A stretch of 64,000 bases of DNA. It comes from an uncultured Gemmatimonadales bacterium. Its GTDB lineage: Bacteria; Gemmatimonadota; Gemmatimonadetes; Gemmatimonadales; GWC2-71-9. The stretch is from contig CAWFPG010000004.1 of the NCBI GenBank assembly GCA_963817715.1, forward strand, positions 327,673 through 391,672, read 5' to 3'. Positions 26,351 to 36,694 of the stretch are shown in pieces (positions within the stretch are counted from its first letter, which is position 1; the number at the start of each line of letters is the position of its first letter). The position numbers were made by a program, and so were the translations under genes. The notes beneath the pieces were generated by a model. That model had not been told where the DNA came from and ran no database searches. It worked only from the letters and a program-made list of their open reading frames with translations.

Positions 26351-26366
26351 ATCCCCGGCAAGGCAC

Positions 26367-26395
26367 TTGACCGGCAGCCCCGCTCCGGCTAGGTT
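26367..26395 (+). promoter_or_regulatory. candidate sigma-70 promoter of the infC-rpmI-rplT operon
   Basis: TTGACC (26367-26372), a 17-nt spacer, then TAGGTT (26390-26395). Confidence 0.4.
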
Positions 26396-26510
26396 GCCCC
26401 CGTTCCAAGAGAGCGGGATATCCGCTCCACCCCGAGCCAGCACCACGGGCAACCGGGTCCCAAGAGACATAAGCATCCAGCCCCACGGGGCTGCGGTGCA
26501 CCTCTTCGGA

Positions 26511-26543
26511 CACCCCGCCCCAATCGGCGGGGTGTTCGTGTTT
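26511..26543 (+). terminator. hairpin plus T-rich tail inside the infC leader (candidate attenuator)
   Basis: caccccgcc / ccaatc / ggcggggtg followed by ttcgtgttt. It lies between the candidate promoter and the infC start. Confidence 0.4.
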
Positions 26544-26602
26544 CAGGCCCAGACGAAAGGACCGAGCCACTGTCCAGTTTCGATCGCGAACGGCGCGTAC
26601 GG

Positions 26603-27091
26603 GTGAACCGGCAGATTCGCATCTCGCCGGTTCGGGTGGTGACCGCGGAAGGTGAGCAGCTCGGGGTGTTGCCGGTGGACGAAGCGCTGGCCGCAGCCCA
26701 GGAACGGGGACTCGACCTGGTCGAGGTGGCGCCGATGGCTCGGCCGCCCGTGGTCAAGATCATGGACTACGGCAAGTTCAAGTTCGAGGAAGCCAAGGCC
26801 GCGCGGGCGGCGAAGAAGAAGCAGCACGTGATTCACCTCAAGGAGGTGAAGTACCGCCCGGGGATCGATGACCACGACTTCGACTTCAAGACGCGCCACG
26901 CCCGGGAGTTCCTGGGCGACGGCAACAAGGTGAAGGTGACGATGATGTTCCGCGGCCGGCAGATGGCCCATCCCGAGCTCGGCCGTGCCGTGCTCGACCG
27001 GGTCGCCGGAGAGCTGGCGGACATCGGCAAGGTCGAGCAGGAGGCGAAGCTCGACGGCCGCAACATGATCATGGTGCTCGCGCCGAAGTAG
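26603..27091 (+). CDS. infC: translation initiation factor IF-3
   Basis: [30 protein letters not shown] and [19 protein letters not shown] are canonical IF-3 sequences. GTG start. Confidence 0.92.
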   Translation: MNRQIRISPVRVVTAEGEQLGVLPVDEALAAAQERGLDLVEVAPMARPPVVKIMDYGKFKFEEAKAARAAKKKQHVIHLKEVKYRPGIDDHDFDFKTRHAREFLGDGNKVKVTMMFRGRQMAHPELGRAVLDRVAGELADIGKVEQEAKLDGRNMIMVLAPK

Positions 27092-27120
27092 GCCGGGCGG
27101 GACGGGAGCTGGAGAGACAG

Positions 27121-27315
27121 ATGCCCAAGATGAAGACCAAGCGGGCGGCGGCGAAGCGGTTCACGCTGACCGGGACCGGCAAGATCAAGCGCAACAAGGC
27201 GAACCATCGCCACATCCTCACCAAGAAGGCGCAGGCCCGGAAGAACAAGCTGGGCAAGTCGACCCTGGTGAGCTCGGCGGACTACCCGCGCACCATCAAG
27301 CTGCTGCAGGGCTGA
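27121..27315 (+). CDS. rpmI: 50S ribosomal protein L35
   Basis: [24 protein letters not shown]... Confidence 0.95.
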   Translation: MPKMKTKRAAAKRFTLTGTGKIKRNKANHRHILTKKAQARKNKLGKSTLVSSADYPRTIKLLQG

Positions 27316-27328
27316 GGAGAACGCACCC

Positions 27329-27682
27329 ATGTCTCGCGTGAAGAACGGCGTGGCGCACCACGCTCGCAAGAAGAAGATCATGGCTGCCGCCAAGGGTGGC
27401 GTCGGCGCCCGCAGCAAGCTCTACAAGGCCGCCAAGGAGAACGTCGAGCGCGGCCTGGCCTACGCCTACCGCGACCGGCGCAAGAAGAAGGGCGATTTCC
27501 GCCGGCTCTGGATCACCCGAATCGGCGCGGCGGCCCGGATGCACGAGCTGTCGTACTCGCGGATGATGGCGGGGCTCAAGAAGGCCGGCGTCGAGATCAA
27601 CCGGAAGGTCCTCGCCGACCTCGCCGTGCGCGACGCAGATGCCTTCGCCAAGCTGGCTGAGGTGGCGAAGGCCCAGCAGTAG
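27329..27682 (+). CDS. rplT: 50S ribosomal protein L20
   Basis: [17 protein letters not shown]...[19 protein letters not shown]... Confidence 0.95.
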   Translation: MSRVKNGVAHHARKKKIMAAAKGGVGARSKLYKAAKENVERGLAYAYRDRRKKKGDFRRLWITRIGAAARMHELSYSRMMAGLKKAGVEINRKVLADLAVRDADAFAKLAEVAKAQQ

Positions 27683-27691
27683 GGGGCGGCC

Positions 27692-28750
27692 GTGGCCGAT
27701 CCCACCGACCTCGGGGCGCTCCACGCCCGACTCGCCGCGGTGGCCTCGCTCGACGCGGCCGCGCTCGATGCCGAGGAGATCGCGGTCCTGGGCCGCAAGC
27801 AGGGTGAACTGACCGCCCGCCTCAAGGCACTCACCTCGATTCCCGTCGAGGAGCGCCGCAAGGCGGGCGCGTCGTTGAACGCCCTCAAGCAGGAGTTCGA
27901 GGCCGCCTTCGCGGTGCGCCGCCGCGAGCTGGCTCGCGGCGCCAAGGCCGCCGAGCAGGCCGGCCTCGATCTCACCATGCCGGGTCGTCCCCGCTGGGTC
28001 GGCTCGCGCCACCCGGTCACCCTGGTCGTCGACGAGATCGTCGAGATCTTCCGTGGGCTCGGCTTCAGCGTGGCGCTCGGTCCCGAGGTGGAGACCGAGG
28101 AGCTCAACTTCCACGCCCTCAACTTCCCGCCCGACCACCCGGCGATGGACATGCACGACACCCTCTATCTCGACCAGGGGGATGCGGTGCCCGACGACGG
28201 GCAGCGCCTGCTGCTGCGCACCCACACCTCACCGGTGCAGATCCGGGTGATGCGCGAGGGGCCGCCGCCCTACCGGGTGGTGATTCCCGGTGTGGTCTAT
28301 CGCAACGACCCGTTCGACCCGTCGCACGCACCGGGCTTCGCGCAGATCGAGGGGCTGGCCGTCGACGAGGGGATCACCTTCGCCGACCTCAAGGCGACCC
28401 TCTCCCATTTCGCCCGTCGCTTCCTCGGGCCCGACACCACGGTCCGCTTCCGGCCCTCGTTCTTTCCGTTCACCGAGCCATCGGCCGAGATGGATGTCGG
28501 CTGCACGCTCTGTGGCGGCGCCGGCTGTGGCCCCTGCAAGGGCACCGGCTGGATGGAGATCCTCGGCTGCGGCATGGTGCACGAGCAGGTGCTCCGCAAC
28601 TGCGACCTCGATCCCGAACGGTGGACCGGCTGGGCGTTCGGCATGGGCCCCGGCCGGATCGCGATGCAGCGCTTCGGGCTCACCGACATCCGGCTGCTGT
28701 ACGGTGGCGACATGCGCTTCCTCGAGCAGTTCGGCGGGCTGGCAGGATGA
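27692..28750 (+). CDS. pheS: phenylalanine--tRNA ligase alpha subunit
   Basis: 352 aa with HPAMDMHDT, LLRTHTSPVQIR and FRPSFFPFTEPSAEMDV motifs. Confidence 0.95.
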   Translation: MADPTDLGALHARLAAVASLDAAALDAEEIAVLGRKQGELTARLKALTSIPVEERRKAGASLNALKQEFEAAFAVRRRELARGAKAAEQAGLDLTMPGRPRWVGSRHPVTLVVDEIVEIFRGLGFSVALGPEVETEELNFHALNFPPDHPAMDMHDTLYLDQGDAVPDDGQRLLLRTHTSPVQIRVMREGPPPYRVVIPGVVYRNDPFDPSHAPGFAQIEGLAVDEGITFADLKATLSHFARRFLGPDTTVRFRPSFFPFTEPSAEMDVGCTLCGGAGCGPCKGTGWMEILGCGMVHEQVLRNCDLDPERWTGWAFGMGPGRIAMQRFGLTDIRLLYGGDMRFLEQFGGLAG

Positions 28751-31119
28751 AGGCGTCGCGCCGCTGGCTCGAGGCGTTCCTGCGCCGGCCTCTCGACCCC
28801 CGTGAGGTGGCCGATCGCCTCGGCATGCTCGGCGCCCCCGTCGATGCGATCGAGCCGGTGGGCAAGGAGCTCGAACCGTTCGTGGTCGGGCTGGTCACCG
28901 AGGTGCGCCCGCATCCCGATGCCGACAAGCTGCGCGTCACCTCCGTCGACGACGGCAGTGGCACGCCACTGCAGGTGATCTGTGGCGCCCCCAACGTGAC
29001 CGCCGGCCATCGCTACCCGTTCGCCCGGCTCGGCACCGCCATGCCGGACGGCATGGTGATCGCGCGGCGCAAGCTCCGCGGCCAGGTCTCCGAGGGGATG
29101 CTCTGTTCGGCGCGCGAACTGGGGTTGGGCACCGATCACGACGGGATCCACACGCTCGACACCGACGCCGCGCCGGGCACCCCGCTGCTCGACGTGCTCG
29201 AGCTCGGCGATGACCGGTTCGACATCGACATCACCCCCAATCGTCCCGACCTGCTCTGCCACAAGGGCATCGCCCGCGAGCTGGGGATCGCGTACGACAT
29301 CCCGTTTCGACTGCCGGCGATTCCCGGCGAGGCGACGGTCGATCTTCCCGCGCCGCCGCGCTATGCCGACGAGGCAACGGTCGGCGGGGTGCGGCTGGCG
29401 ATCATCGATCGAGCCGGCTGCGGTCGCTTCCTCGGCGCGATGATTCGCGGCGTGACGATCGGCCCCTCGCCCCGGTGGCTGGTCGAGCGGCTCGAATCGG
29501 TCGGCCTCCGCAGCATCAGCAACGTGGTCGACGTGACCAACTACGTGATGCTCGAGCTCAACCAGCCGATGCACGCCTACGACGCGGCGACCCTCGCAGG
29601 GCCGGCGGTGATCGTGCGCGCCGCGCGGGCAGGCGGCGAAACCCTCCTGACCCTCGACGGCCAGTCGCGCGAGGTGCCGGAGGGTACGCTGCTGATCGCC
29701 GACGCCGAGCGGGCAATCGGCATCGCGGGCGTGATGGGCGGTGCCGACACCGAGGTGAGCGACACCACCAGCGACATCTTCCTCGAATGCGCCTGGTTCG
29801 ATCCGCGCCGGGTGCGTGCCGCGCGGCGGGCCGCCGGCCTCTCGACCGACGCATCGCAGCGCTTCGAGCGGGGCACCGATCGCTGGGGCGCCGTCGAGGC
29901 CTTCCGCCGGGCGGTGCGACTCCTGGTCACCGTTGCTGGTGGCACCGTCGAGGCGACCGCCGATTGCGTCCCGAATCCCGGCAACCCGCCGCGGGTCTTC
30001 GTCCGGCCGGGACGGGTGGCGCAGGTGCTGGGCGTGGAGCTGGACTGGCCCGAGATCGAGCGGTGCCTGGTGGCGATCGGTGCCACCGTGGTGAGCAAGC
30101 CCGCCGACGGTCGCATCGCCGTCGACGTGCCCGGCTGGCGACCCGACCTCGTGGCCGAGATCGACCTGATCGAGGAGATCGCCCGGGTGCACGGCTACGA
30201 CAACATCCCCACCGAACTGGCACCGTTCCGGCCCGGCGCCAGGGCCGATGATCCGGCGTGGGGCGCGGCCGAGCGGGTGCGGGGTGGGCTGGCGGCGCTG
30301 GGACTGCGCGAGGTGGTGACGCTCGCGATGCGGACCGAGACCGATGATGCCGCCCCGGTGATCCTCAATCCGGTCTCCGCCGATCACGCCCGGCTCCGCT
30401 CCGCGCTGCTGCCGGGACTGGTCGAGCAGGTGGAGGCGAACTGGGCGGTGCACACGCGCGACATCCGCCTCTTCGAGGTCGGGACCGTGTTCCGGGGCAA
30501 CGGTGCCGAGCGTCCCGGCGAGGCGCTCGAGGCGGCATTCGTGGTGAGCGGTGCCCGGCAGCCGGCCCACTGGAGCGGTGGCGGCGACGCAACCTGGGAT
30601 CGTTGGGACGCGCGCTGGATCTTCGAACGTCTCGTCGCTCTGGCGGATCCCTCCGCCACGGTCCAAGTTGAGGAGGGCCGTTGGGTGGCGCGATCAGCCG
30701 CCGGCGACGCCCTGGGCTGGTGCGGCGAGGTGGAGGCCGACTCGCCGCCGTGGGCGGCACCGCTCTTCGGGGGCTGCATGCAGGTGGCCACCATGGTGGC
30801 CGAGCAATCGGTCTTCCGACCGTTGCCGCAACACCCGGCGGTCAGCCGTGACCTTGCCCTCCTGCTCGGCGCTGCCAGGACCGTGGCCGAGGTCACGACC
30901 CTGATCGGCGAGCGCGGGGCGCGGCACGCACTCGAGTCGGTGACAGTGGTCGATGAATTCCGCGGTGCCGGACTGCCCGAGGGTCGCCGCAGCGTGGCGC
31001 TGCGACTGGTGTTCCGCGCCGCCGATCGCACCCTCACCGACGGCGAGGTCGACAAGGCCGTCGGTCGACTGGTCTCGATGCTGGAGCGGGAGCTTGACGT
31101 CACCCTACGCACGACCTGA
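28747..31119 (+). CDS. pheT: phenylalanine--tRNA ligase beta subunit
   Basis: The ATG at 28747 overlaps the pheS stop. MKASRRWLEAF, the tRNA-binding domain (KLRVTSVDDG...ICGAPN) and B3/4, B5 and FDX-ACB-like regions. Confidence 0.95.
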   Translation: MKASRRWLEAFLRRPLDPREVADRLGMLGAPVDAIEPVGKELEPFVVGLVTEVRPHPDADKLRVTSVDDGSGTPLQVICGAPNVTAGHRYPFARLGTAMPDGMVIARRKLRGQVSEGMLCSARELGLGTDHDGIHTLDTDAAPGTPLLDVLELGDDRFDIDITPNRPDLLCHKGIARELGIAYDIPFRLPAIPGEATVDLPAPPRYADEATVGGVRLAIIDRAGCGRFLGAMIRGVTIGPSPRWLVERLESVGLRSISNVVDVTNYVMLELNQPMHAYDAATLAGPAVIVRAARAGGETLLTLDGQSREVPEGTLLIADAERAIGIAGVMGGADTEVSDTTSDIFLECAWFDPRRVRAARRAAGLSTDASQRFERGTDRWGAVEAFRRAVRLLVTVAGGTVEATADCVPNPGNPPRVFVRPGRVAQVLGVELDWPEIERCLVAIGATVVSKPADGRIAVDVPGWRPDLVAEIDLIEEIARVHGYDNIPTELAPFRPGARADDPAWGAAERVRGGLAALGLREVVTLAMRTETDDAAPVILNPVSADHARLRSALLPGLVEQVEANWAVHTRDIRLFEVGTVFRGNGAERPGEALEAAFVVSGARQPAHWSGGGDATWDRWDARWIFERLVALADPSATVQVEEGRWVARSAAGDALGWCGEVEADSPPWAAPLFGGCMQVATMVAEQSVFRPLPQHPAVSRDLALLLGAARTVAEVTTLIGERGARHALESVTVVDEFRGAGLPEGRRSVALRLVFRAADRTLTDGEVDKAVGRLVSMLERELDVTLRTT

Positions 31120-31147
31120 CCTCGCCGCGCTCGATGAACTCGAGCGT

Positions 31148-31408
31148 GTGGTGACCCACCTGGCCGACGAGCTTGGCGGCTGGCGCCGTCGCTGCCTGAA
31201 GGCCGAGGCGGAGCTCGAGTCGGTGAAGGGCAAGGGAGGGATGGTGCCGGGCGACGAGCTGGTGCGGCTCCGCAGCCGACTGCTCGACCTCGAGCGCGAG
31301 AACCTCGAACTCGAGACCCGATTGGATCGTGCCCGGGAGATGCTCTCCCGGCTGCAGCAACGGCTGGCGTTCGTGGCCGAGGCCTCCGGCGATGAGGGGA
31401 ACGGATGA
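31148..31408 (+). CDS. small coiled-coil protein upstream of zapA (ZapB-like, hypothetical)
   Basis: An 86-aa heptad-rich ORF (LKAEAELESV...LDLERENLELETRLDRAREML). Its stop overlaps the zapA ATG (ATGA). The GTG start is uncertain. Confidence 0.4.
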   Translation: MVTHLADELGGWRRRCLKAEAELESVKGKGGMVPGDELVRLRSRLLDLERENLELETRLDRAREMLSRLQQRLAFVAEASGDEGNG

Positions 31409-31716
31409 GCGCCAAGGAATCGGTCCGGGTCACCGTGGGTGGCGAGGAGCTCGTGGTTCGCTCCGAGCTGCCGGCCGAGTACACCCGCGAGGTGGCAGCG
31501 CACTTCGACGATGCGCTGCGCCAGATCCGGGCGATGATGCCGTCGATCGAGGCCCAGAAGGCTGCCATCCTCGCCGGCCTGGCGGTGACCGACGAGCTGT
31601 TCCGGGCGCGCCGCACCGACGCGGAGATGGCCACCCGTGTCCGTGCGCTCGCCGATGATCTTGCGCGTCTGCTGCCGCCCGCCAAGCGCGGGTCGCGAGG
31701 CGGCGCGACCGACTGA
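31405..31716 (+). CDS. zapA: cell division protein ZapA
   Basis: 103 aa. VRVTVGGEELVVRSE...AAILAGLAVTDEL is typical of ZapA, and the pheT-zapA-rny context fits. Confidence 0.8.
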   Translation: MSAKESVRVTVGGEELVVRSELPAEYTREVAAHFDDALRQIRAMMPSIEAQKAAILAGLAVTDELFRARRTDAEMATRVRALADDLARLLPPAKRGSRGGATD

Positions 31717-31755
31717 CCGCAACCCGGCGCCCCGCGCCGGTGAGGGGATAGATCG

Positions 31756-33336
31756 ATGGACCTCTCTCCCGCAGTCGCGGGCGTTCTTGGCGCCGCACTC
31801 GGTCTCGGGCTCGGCGTCCTGGCCTGGAGCCTCGTGCAGGCCTCGCGCGGCCGCTCGCTGCGTGCCCTCACCGAGCAGGCCCGGAGCGACGCCGCGTCGC
31901 TCCGCTCCACCGCCGAGCACGAGGCGGTCCACGAACGCGAGCGACAGCTCTCCCTGGCCCGCGAGGAAACCGCGACGCTCCGCCGTGAGGCAGCCGAGGA
32001 ACTCGGCCGACGGCGCGGCGACATCGAGAAGCTCGAGCAGCGGATTGCCGAGCGGGAGCAGCGACTGGTCGAACGCGAGGAGCGGCTCCGCGCCGACGAG
32101 GCCGGACTCGTCGAGCAGCGCGACCGCCTCAGCGGGCGCGATGCAGCGCTCCGGGCGCGCGACGCCGAGCTGACCGAAGCCCGGGCCGAGATCGAGCGTC
32201 GCCTCGAGGTGGTGGCGGGACTCAGCGCCGAGGAGGCTCGCCGCCAGGTGCGTCAGGAGGTGGAGGACGAGGCGCGCTCCGGAGCACAGGCGCTTGCCCG
32301 CCAGATCCGGGATCAGGCCCAGCGCGAGGCCGAGCGCGACGCCCGCCGGATCATCGCCATCGCCACCCAGCGGCTCGCGGCCGAGCACACCGCCGAATCG
32401 ACTGTGGCTGCGGTGGCGCTGCCGAGCGACGAGATGAAGGGGCGGATCATCGGGCGCGAGGGTCGCAACATCCGCGCATTCGAGCTGGCCACCGGGGTCG
32501 ATGTGATCATCGACGACACGCCCGACACGGTGGTCGTGTCGTGCTTCGACCCGATTCGCCGCGAAATCGCCCGCCGGGCCCTGGAGGCGCTGGTCGAGGA
32601 CGGCCGGATCCACCCGGGCCGGATCGAGGAACTGGTCGAGAAGACGCGCGCCTCGCTCGATGGTGAGCTCACCGAGTTGGGGGAGCGCGCCGCCTACGAG
32701 CTGGAGGTGCACGGACTGCATGCCGAACTGGTGAAGTTGGTGGGCCGGATGCGGTACCGGACCTCCTACGGCCAGAACCTCTATGAGCACTCCAAGGAGG
32801 TCGCCTGGCTCGCCGGGATGATGGCCGCCGAGCTGCACCTCGACGTGGCGCTGGCACGGCGGGGCGGCCTGCTGCACGACGTCGGCAAGGTCCTCACTCA
32901 CGAGCAGGAGGGGACCCACGTGCAACTCGGCGTCGAGGTGGCCCGCCGCTGGGGCGAGACGCCCCCCGTGCTGAACGCCATCGAGGCCCACCACGACGAC
33001 GTGCCCCACGAGAGCAGCGAGTCGGTGCTGGTGCAGGCCGCCGATGCGATCAGTGGCTCGCGCCCCGGTGCCCGGCGCGAGGCGTTCGAGAGTTACATGA
33101 AGCGCCTGCGCCGCCTCGAGGAGATCGCCGACAGTTACCCCGGCGTCGAGAAGACCACCGTGATCCAGGCCGGCCGCGAGGTGCGGGTGATCGTCAAGCC
33201 CGACGACGTAACCGACGACGCTGCCCAGGCGCTCTCCGAGACCATCGCCCGTCGCTTTGAACAGGAACTCCAATACCCGGGACAGATTCGCGTGACCGTG
33301 ATCCGAGAGACCCGCGCCACGGATGTGGCCAAGTGA
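31756..33336 (+). CDS. rny: ribonuclease Y
   Basis: N-terminal TM helix, coiled coil, KH domain ([17 protein letters not shown]) and HD domain (LLHDVGK...IEAHHDD). Confidence 0.92.
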   Translation: MDLSPAVAGVLGAALGLGLGVLAWSLVQASRGRSLRALTEQARSDAASLRSTAEHEAVHERERQLSLAREETATLRREAAEELGRRRGDIEKLEQRIAEREQRLVEREERLRADEAGLVEQRDRLSGRDAALRARDAELTEARAEIERRLEVVAGLSAEEARRQVRQEVEDEARSGAQALARQIRDQAQREAERDARRIIAIATQRLAAEHTAESTVAAVALPSDEMKGRIIGREGRNIRAFELATGVDVIIDDTPDTVVVSCFDPIRREIARRALEALVEDGRIHPGRIEELVEKTRASLDGELTELGERAAYELEVHGLHAELVKLVGRMRYRTSYGQNLYEHSKEVAWLAGMMAAELHLDVALARRGGLLHDVGKVLTHEQEGTHVQLGVEVARRWGETPPVLNAIEAHHDDVPHESSESVLVQAADAISGSRPGARREAFESYMKRLRRLEEIADSYPGVEKTTVIQAGREVRVIVKPDDVTDDAAQALSETIARRFEQELQYPGQIRVTVIRETRATDVAK

Positions 33337-34223
33337 CCGCCCGCCTGCTCGACGGCAAGGCCATCGCCGCCGACATCCGTCGCGAGGTGGCCGAGCGCTG
33401 CGCCGCACTCACGCACCGGGGCATCGTCCCCGGCCTCACCGTGGTGCTGGTGGGCGACGACCCCGCCTCGCAGATGTACGTGCGCTCGAAGGGGAAGGCG
33501 TGCCGCGAGGCCGGGATGCGCTCCGAGACGATCCTCCTGCCGGCCGACGTGCCCGCAGCCGACCTGCTGGCGGTGATCGACCGGCTCAATGCCGATGCCG
33601 ACACCCACGGCATCCTGGTGCAGACGCCGTTGCCGTCGCACATCGATCCCGACCAGGTGATGCGGCGCATCGATCCGCTCAAGGACGTCGACGGCTTCCA
33701 TCCGATGAACGTCGGCAAGCTGGTGCTCGGCGATCCCACCGCGTTCCGCCCAGCGACGCCGGCCGGCATCCAGGAGATCCTGCGGCGCTCGGGGATCGCC
33801 ACCCGCGGCGCCCGTGCGGTGATCGTCGGTCGCTCCACGATTGTCGGTCGGCCGATGGCCAACCTGCTGATGCAGTCAGGTGAGGGCGGCGATGCAACGG
33901 TCACCGTCTGCCACTCGCGGACCCGCGACCTGCCGGCGATCTGTCGGGAGGCCGACATCCTGGTCGTGGCGATCGGGCGAGCCGACTTCATCGCGGCCGA
34001 CGGGGTCAAGCCCGGCGCCACCGTGATCGACGTCGGCATCAACCGGGTGCCCGACGAAGCGGCCCCCAAGGGCTACCGTGTGGTCGGCGACGTCGCCTTC
34101 GACGCCGTCAGCGAGATCGCCGGGGCGATCACCCCGGTGCCCGGTGGGGTCGGGCCAATGACCATCGCCATGGTGCTCAGCAACACCCTCCAGGCCGTCT
34201 CGCTGCAGCAGGGCGACGCGTGA
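33333..34223 (+). CDS. folD: bifunctional methylenetetrahydrofolate dehydrogenase/methenyl-THF cyclohydrolase
   Basis: [43 protein letters not shown] and PGGVGPMT motifs. Confidence 0.95.
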   Translation: MTARLLDGKAIAADIRREVAERCAALTHRGIVPGLTVVLVGDDPASQMYVRSKGKACREAGMRSETILLPADVPAADLLAVIDRLNADADTHGILVQTPLPSHIDPDQVMRRIDPLKDVDGFHPMNVGKLVLGDPTAFRPATPAGIQEILRRSGIATRGARAVIVGRSTIVGRPMANLLMQSGEGGDATVTVCHSRTRDLPAICREADILVVAIGRADFIAADGVKPGATVIDVGINRVPDEAAPKGYRVVGDVAFDAVSEIAGAITPVPGGVGPMTIAMVLSNTLQAVSLQQGDA

Positions 34224-35482
34224 GCGGACCCGACGGGGCCTGGACTGTCCAGCGACTCTCCCGGACCCTCAAGGAGCGGGTCGAGTCGGACTTCCCGGCC
34301 ATCTGGGTGCGGGGCGAACTGGTCGGCGTCAAGCGCTACCCGTCGGGGCACTGGTACTTCGCGCTCCGCGACGAGCTTGCCAAGGTCGACTGCACCCTCT
34401 GGAGGTCGGCCGCGGCACGGTTGCGCGCGCCCCTCGAGGAGGGAAGCGAGGTCTTCGCGCTGGGTACCCCGAGCGTGTGGGAGGAGCGCACTGCGCTCCG
34501 CTTCAACGTGGTGCAGGTGCTGCCGGCTTCCGCGGTCGGCGCGGCAGCCCAGCAGGTGGAGCAGGTCAAGAAGCGACTGCTCGCCGACGGGCTCCTCGAT
34601 CCGGCCCGCAAGCGGCCGCTGCCGCCCTATCCGTCGCGCATCGCGGTGATCACCTCGGTGGCCGGTGCCGCGGTGCGCGATGTCATCACCGTGGCCCGCC
34701 GCCGCTGGCCGGGCGTGGAGCTGCTGGTGATCGGGGCCGCGGTGCAGGGCGACAACGCGCCGACCGAGCTGGTCGACGCGCTGGAGACCGTGGGACGGCT
34801 GGCCGCGATCGACTGCTGCATCGTCGGCCGCGGGGGCGGGTCGAAGGAGGACCTGGCGGCCTTCAACGACGAGGCCGTCTGTCGCGCGATCGCCGCGTGT
34901 CCGGTGCCGGTGATCAGCGCGGTCGGCCACGAAGTCGATGTCACCCTGGCCGACCTGGTCGCCGACGTTCGCGCGGCCACCCCGTCGCAGGCCGCCGAGT
35001 TCGCCCTCCCGGATCGGCAGGAAGTGGTGGCCCGCCTCGATGGTATCGCAACGGCACTGGAGCGCACCACTCGCGATCGACTGGCGCGCCGCACCGAGCG
35101 ACTGGAGCGAACCCGCGAACGGATGGGCAACGCCCTGCTGGCTCGACTCCGCACCGCCGAGCGGCGGCTCCAGGGGGCCTCGGCGCGGCTGGCGCCCGGC
35201 CTCGAGCGGCAGGTGCGGCGTCCCCGTGAACGACTCGCCAGGGTGGCCGACCGGCTGCGGCCGGCTCTCGACCGCCGGGTCGCCATCGCGCGGGCCGACA
35301 CCGAGCGACTCGCGGCTGCCCTGCACGCCCTGTCACCGCTCCGGGTGCTCGGCCGTGGCTATGCCGTGCCCCGCGATCCTGAAGGTCGGCTGCTCCGCCG
35401 GGTCGCCGACTTCGTCCCGGGAGCGCACTTCACCCTCAACGTGAGCGACGGCACGGTTGCCGCGCGTGTGGAGGAACGATGA
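34220..35482 (+). CDS. xseA: exodeoxyribonuclease VII large subunit
   Basis: 420 aa with an OB-fold N-terminus (VRGELVGVKRYPSGHWYFALRD), RGGGSKEDL and ISAVGHEVD. Confidence 0.9.
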   Translation: MSGPDGAWTVQRLSRTLKERVESDFPAIWVRGELVGVKRYPSGHWYFALRDELAKVDCTLWRSAAARLRAPLEEGSEVFALGTPSVWEERTALRFNVVQVLPASAVGAAAQQVEQVKKRLLADGLLDPARKRPLPPYPSRIAVITSVAGAAVRDVITVARRRWPGVELLVIGAAVQGDNAPTELVDALETVGRLAAIDCCIVGRGGGSKEDLAAFNDEAVCRAIAACPVPVISAVGHEVDVTLADLVADVRAATPSQAAEFALPDRQEVVARLDGIATALERTTRDRLARRTERLERTRERMGNALLARLRTAERRLQGASARLAPGLERQVRRPRERLARVADRLRPALDRRVAIARADTERLAAALHALSPLRVLGRGYAVPRDPEGRLLRRVADFVPGAHFTLNVSDGTVAARVEER

Positions 35483-35706
35483 GCGACACCCCGAACCTCG
35501 CCGATGACCTGACTCGGCTCGAGGAGATCGTGCGCCGGCTGGAGGACAACGACCTCGCCCTGGAGGAGGCCCTGGCGCTTTTCGAGGAAGGCGTCGGCCG
35601 GCTCAAGAGCGCCCAGGGCCGTCTCGGGCAGGCGGAGACCCGGGTGATGCAGGTGCTTCGTGAGGCGGGCAGCGACAAACCCAGGGTCGAACCGCTGGAT
35701 GGCTGA
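35479..35706 (+). CDS. xseB: exodeoxyribonuclease VII small subunit
   Basis: 75 aa; LEEIVRRLEDNDLALEEALALFEEGV is typical, with an ATGA overlap with xseA. Confidence 0.85.
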   Translation: MSDTPNLADDLTRLEEIVRRLEDNDLALEEALALFEEGVGRLKSAQGRLGQAETRVMQVLREAGSDKPRVEPLDG

Positions 35707-36613
35707 GCCGCTCGCCGACGCCCCTCCCGCGATCCTCGACGAGGCGCGTCGCGCCATCGATGCGCGCCTCGACGCGGTCGCCGAGCGCATGGCGATCGAA
35801 CATCCCGGCCGACTCGGCGAGGCACTCGGGTATGCCCTCCGATCGCCAGGGAAGCGGGTCCGTCCGGCCCTGCTGATGGCGGCGTTCCGCGCGGCAGGTG
35901 GCGAGGCGGAGGTCGATGTCTCGGGGTTGGCCACCGCCGTCGAGATCGTACACACCTATTCGCTGGTGCACGACGACCTGCCGTGCATGGACGACGACGA
36001 CCTCCGCCGGGGTCGGCCGACCACCCACGTCGCCTACGACGTCCCGACCGCCACCATGGTGGGCCTCCTCCTCGTGCCGGTGGCGGCCGAGGAACTCTCG
36101 CTGGCCGGGCGCGAGCTCGGGCTCGACGCCGCGGTGATCGGTCGGCTGGCGGCGGAGCTGTTCGAGGCCGGGGGAATCCGCGGCATGGTCGGTGGCCAGT
36201 GGCGCGATCTCGAGGCCGAGGGCAAGACCCTCGACCTGCCGGCCCTGATGGAGGTGCATCGTGGCAAGACCGGTGCGTTGATCGCCGCCTCGGTGGTGCT
36301 GGGCGGGATCGCTGCCGGCGCCGATGGGGGGCTCGAGGAAGCGCTGCGGTGCTTCGGGCGCGAGGTCGGCCTCGCCTTCCAGGTCGCCGACGACGTTCTC
36401 GATGCCACGGCCACCTCGCACCAACTCGGCAAGACCGCCGGCAAGGATGCCGAGGTGGCGAAGAGCACCTACGTCGGGCTCCTCGGCGTCGACGGGGCGC
36501 GTCAGGAGGCCGAACGACACCGTCGGCTGGCCCTCGAGGCGCTCGACGGCGAGGGGCTCGCCAGCGGGACGCTGGCCACCCTGGCGCGGTATATTGTGAC
36601 ACGGAGCTCGTGA
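35699..36613 (+). CDS. polyprenyl (farnesyl/geranylgeranyl) diphosphate synthase
   Basis: Two Asp-rich motifs, LVHDDLPCMDDDDLRRG and FQVADDVLD. The ATG at 35699 overlaps the end of xseB. Confidence 0.85.
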   Translation: MAEPLADAPPAILDEARRAIDARLDAVAERMAIEHPGRLGEALGYALRSPGKRVRPALLMAAFRAAGGEAEVDVSGLATAVEIVHTYSLVHDDLPCMDDDDLRRGRPTTHVAYDVPTATMVGLLLVPVAAEELSLAGRELGLDAAVIGRLAAELFEAGGIRGMVGGQWRDLEAEGKTLDLPALMEVHRGKTGALIAASVVLGGIAAGADGGLEEALRCFGREVGLAFQVADDVLDATATSHQLGKTAGKDAEVAKSTYVGLLGVDGARQEAERHRRLALEALDGEGLASGTLATLARYIVTRSS

Positions 36614-36694
36614 GGCCCGCCTGACGGTCCGATGCCGCCGGGAGCAACACCTCCCGTCGAGTTCCCACTTTTCATTCCTGCGCGCGGAGCGCCG

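Noticed and set aside
26403-26470. The CCAAGAG(A/G) motif seen twice in the infC leader and once upstream of rpsA (about 50818). I considered it a shared regulatory element for translation genes.
   Set aside because: The core is only 7-9 nt and there are only three occurrences. That is too short to distinguish from chance without a genome-wide count.
28297-30666. A 789-aa minus-strand ORF.
   Set aside because: It is antisense to pheS/pheT, whose identity is unambiguous. It is the same high-GC artefact.
31105-33408. A 767-aa minus-strand ORF.
   Set aside because: It is antisense to zapA and rny and has low-complexity composition.
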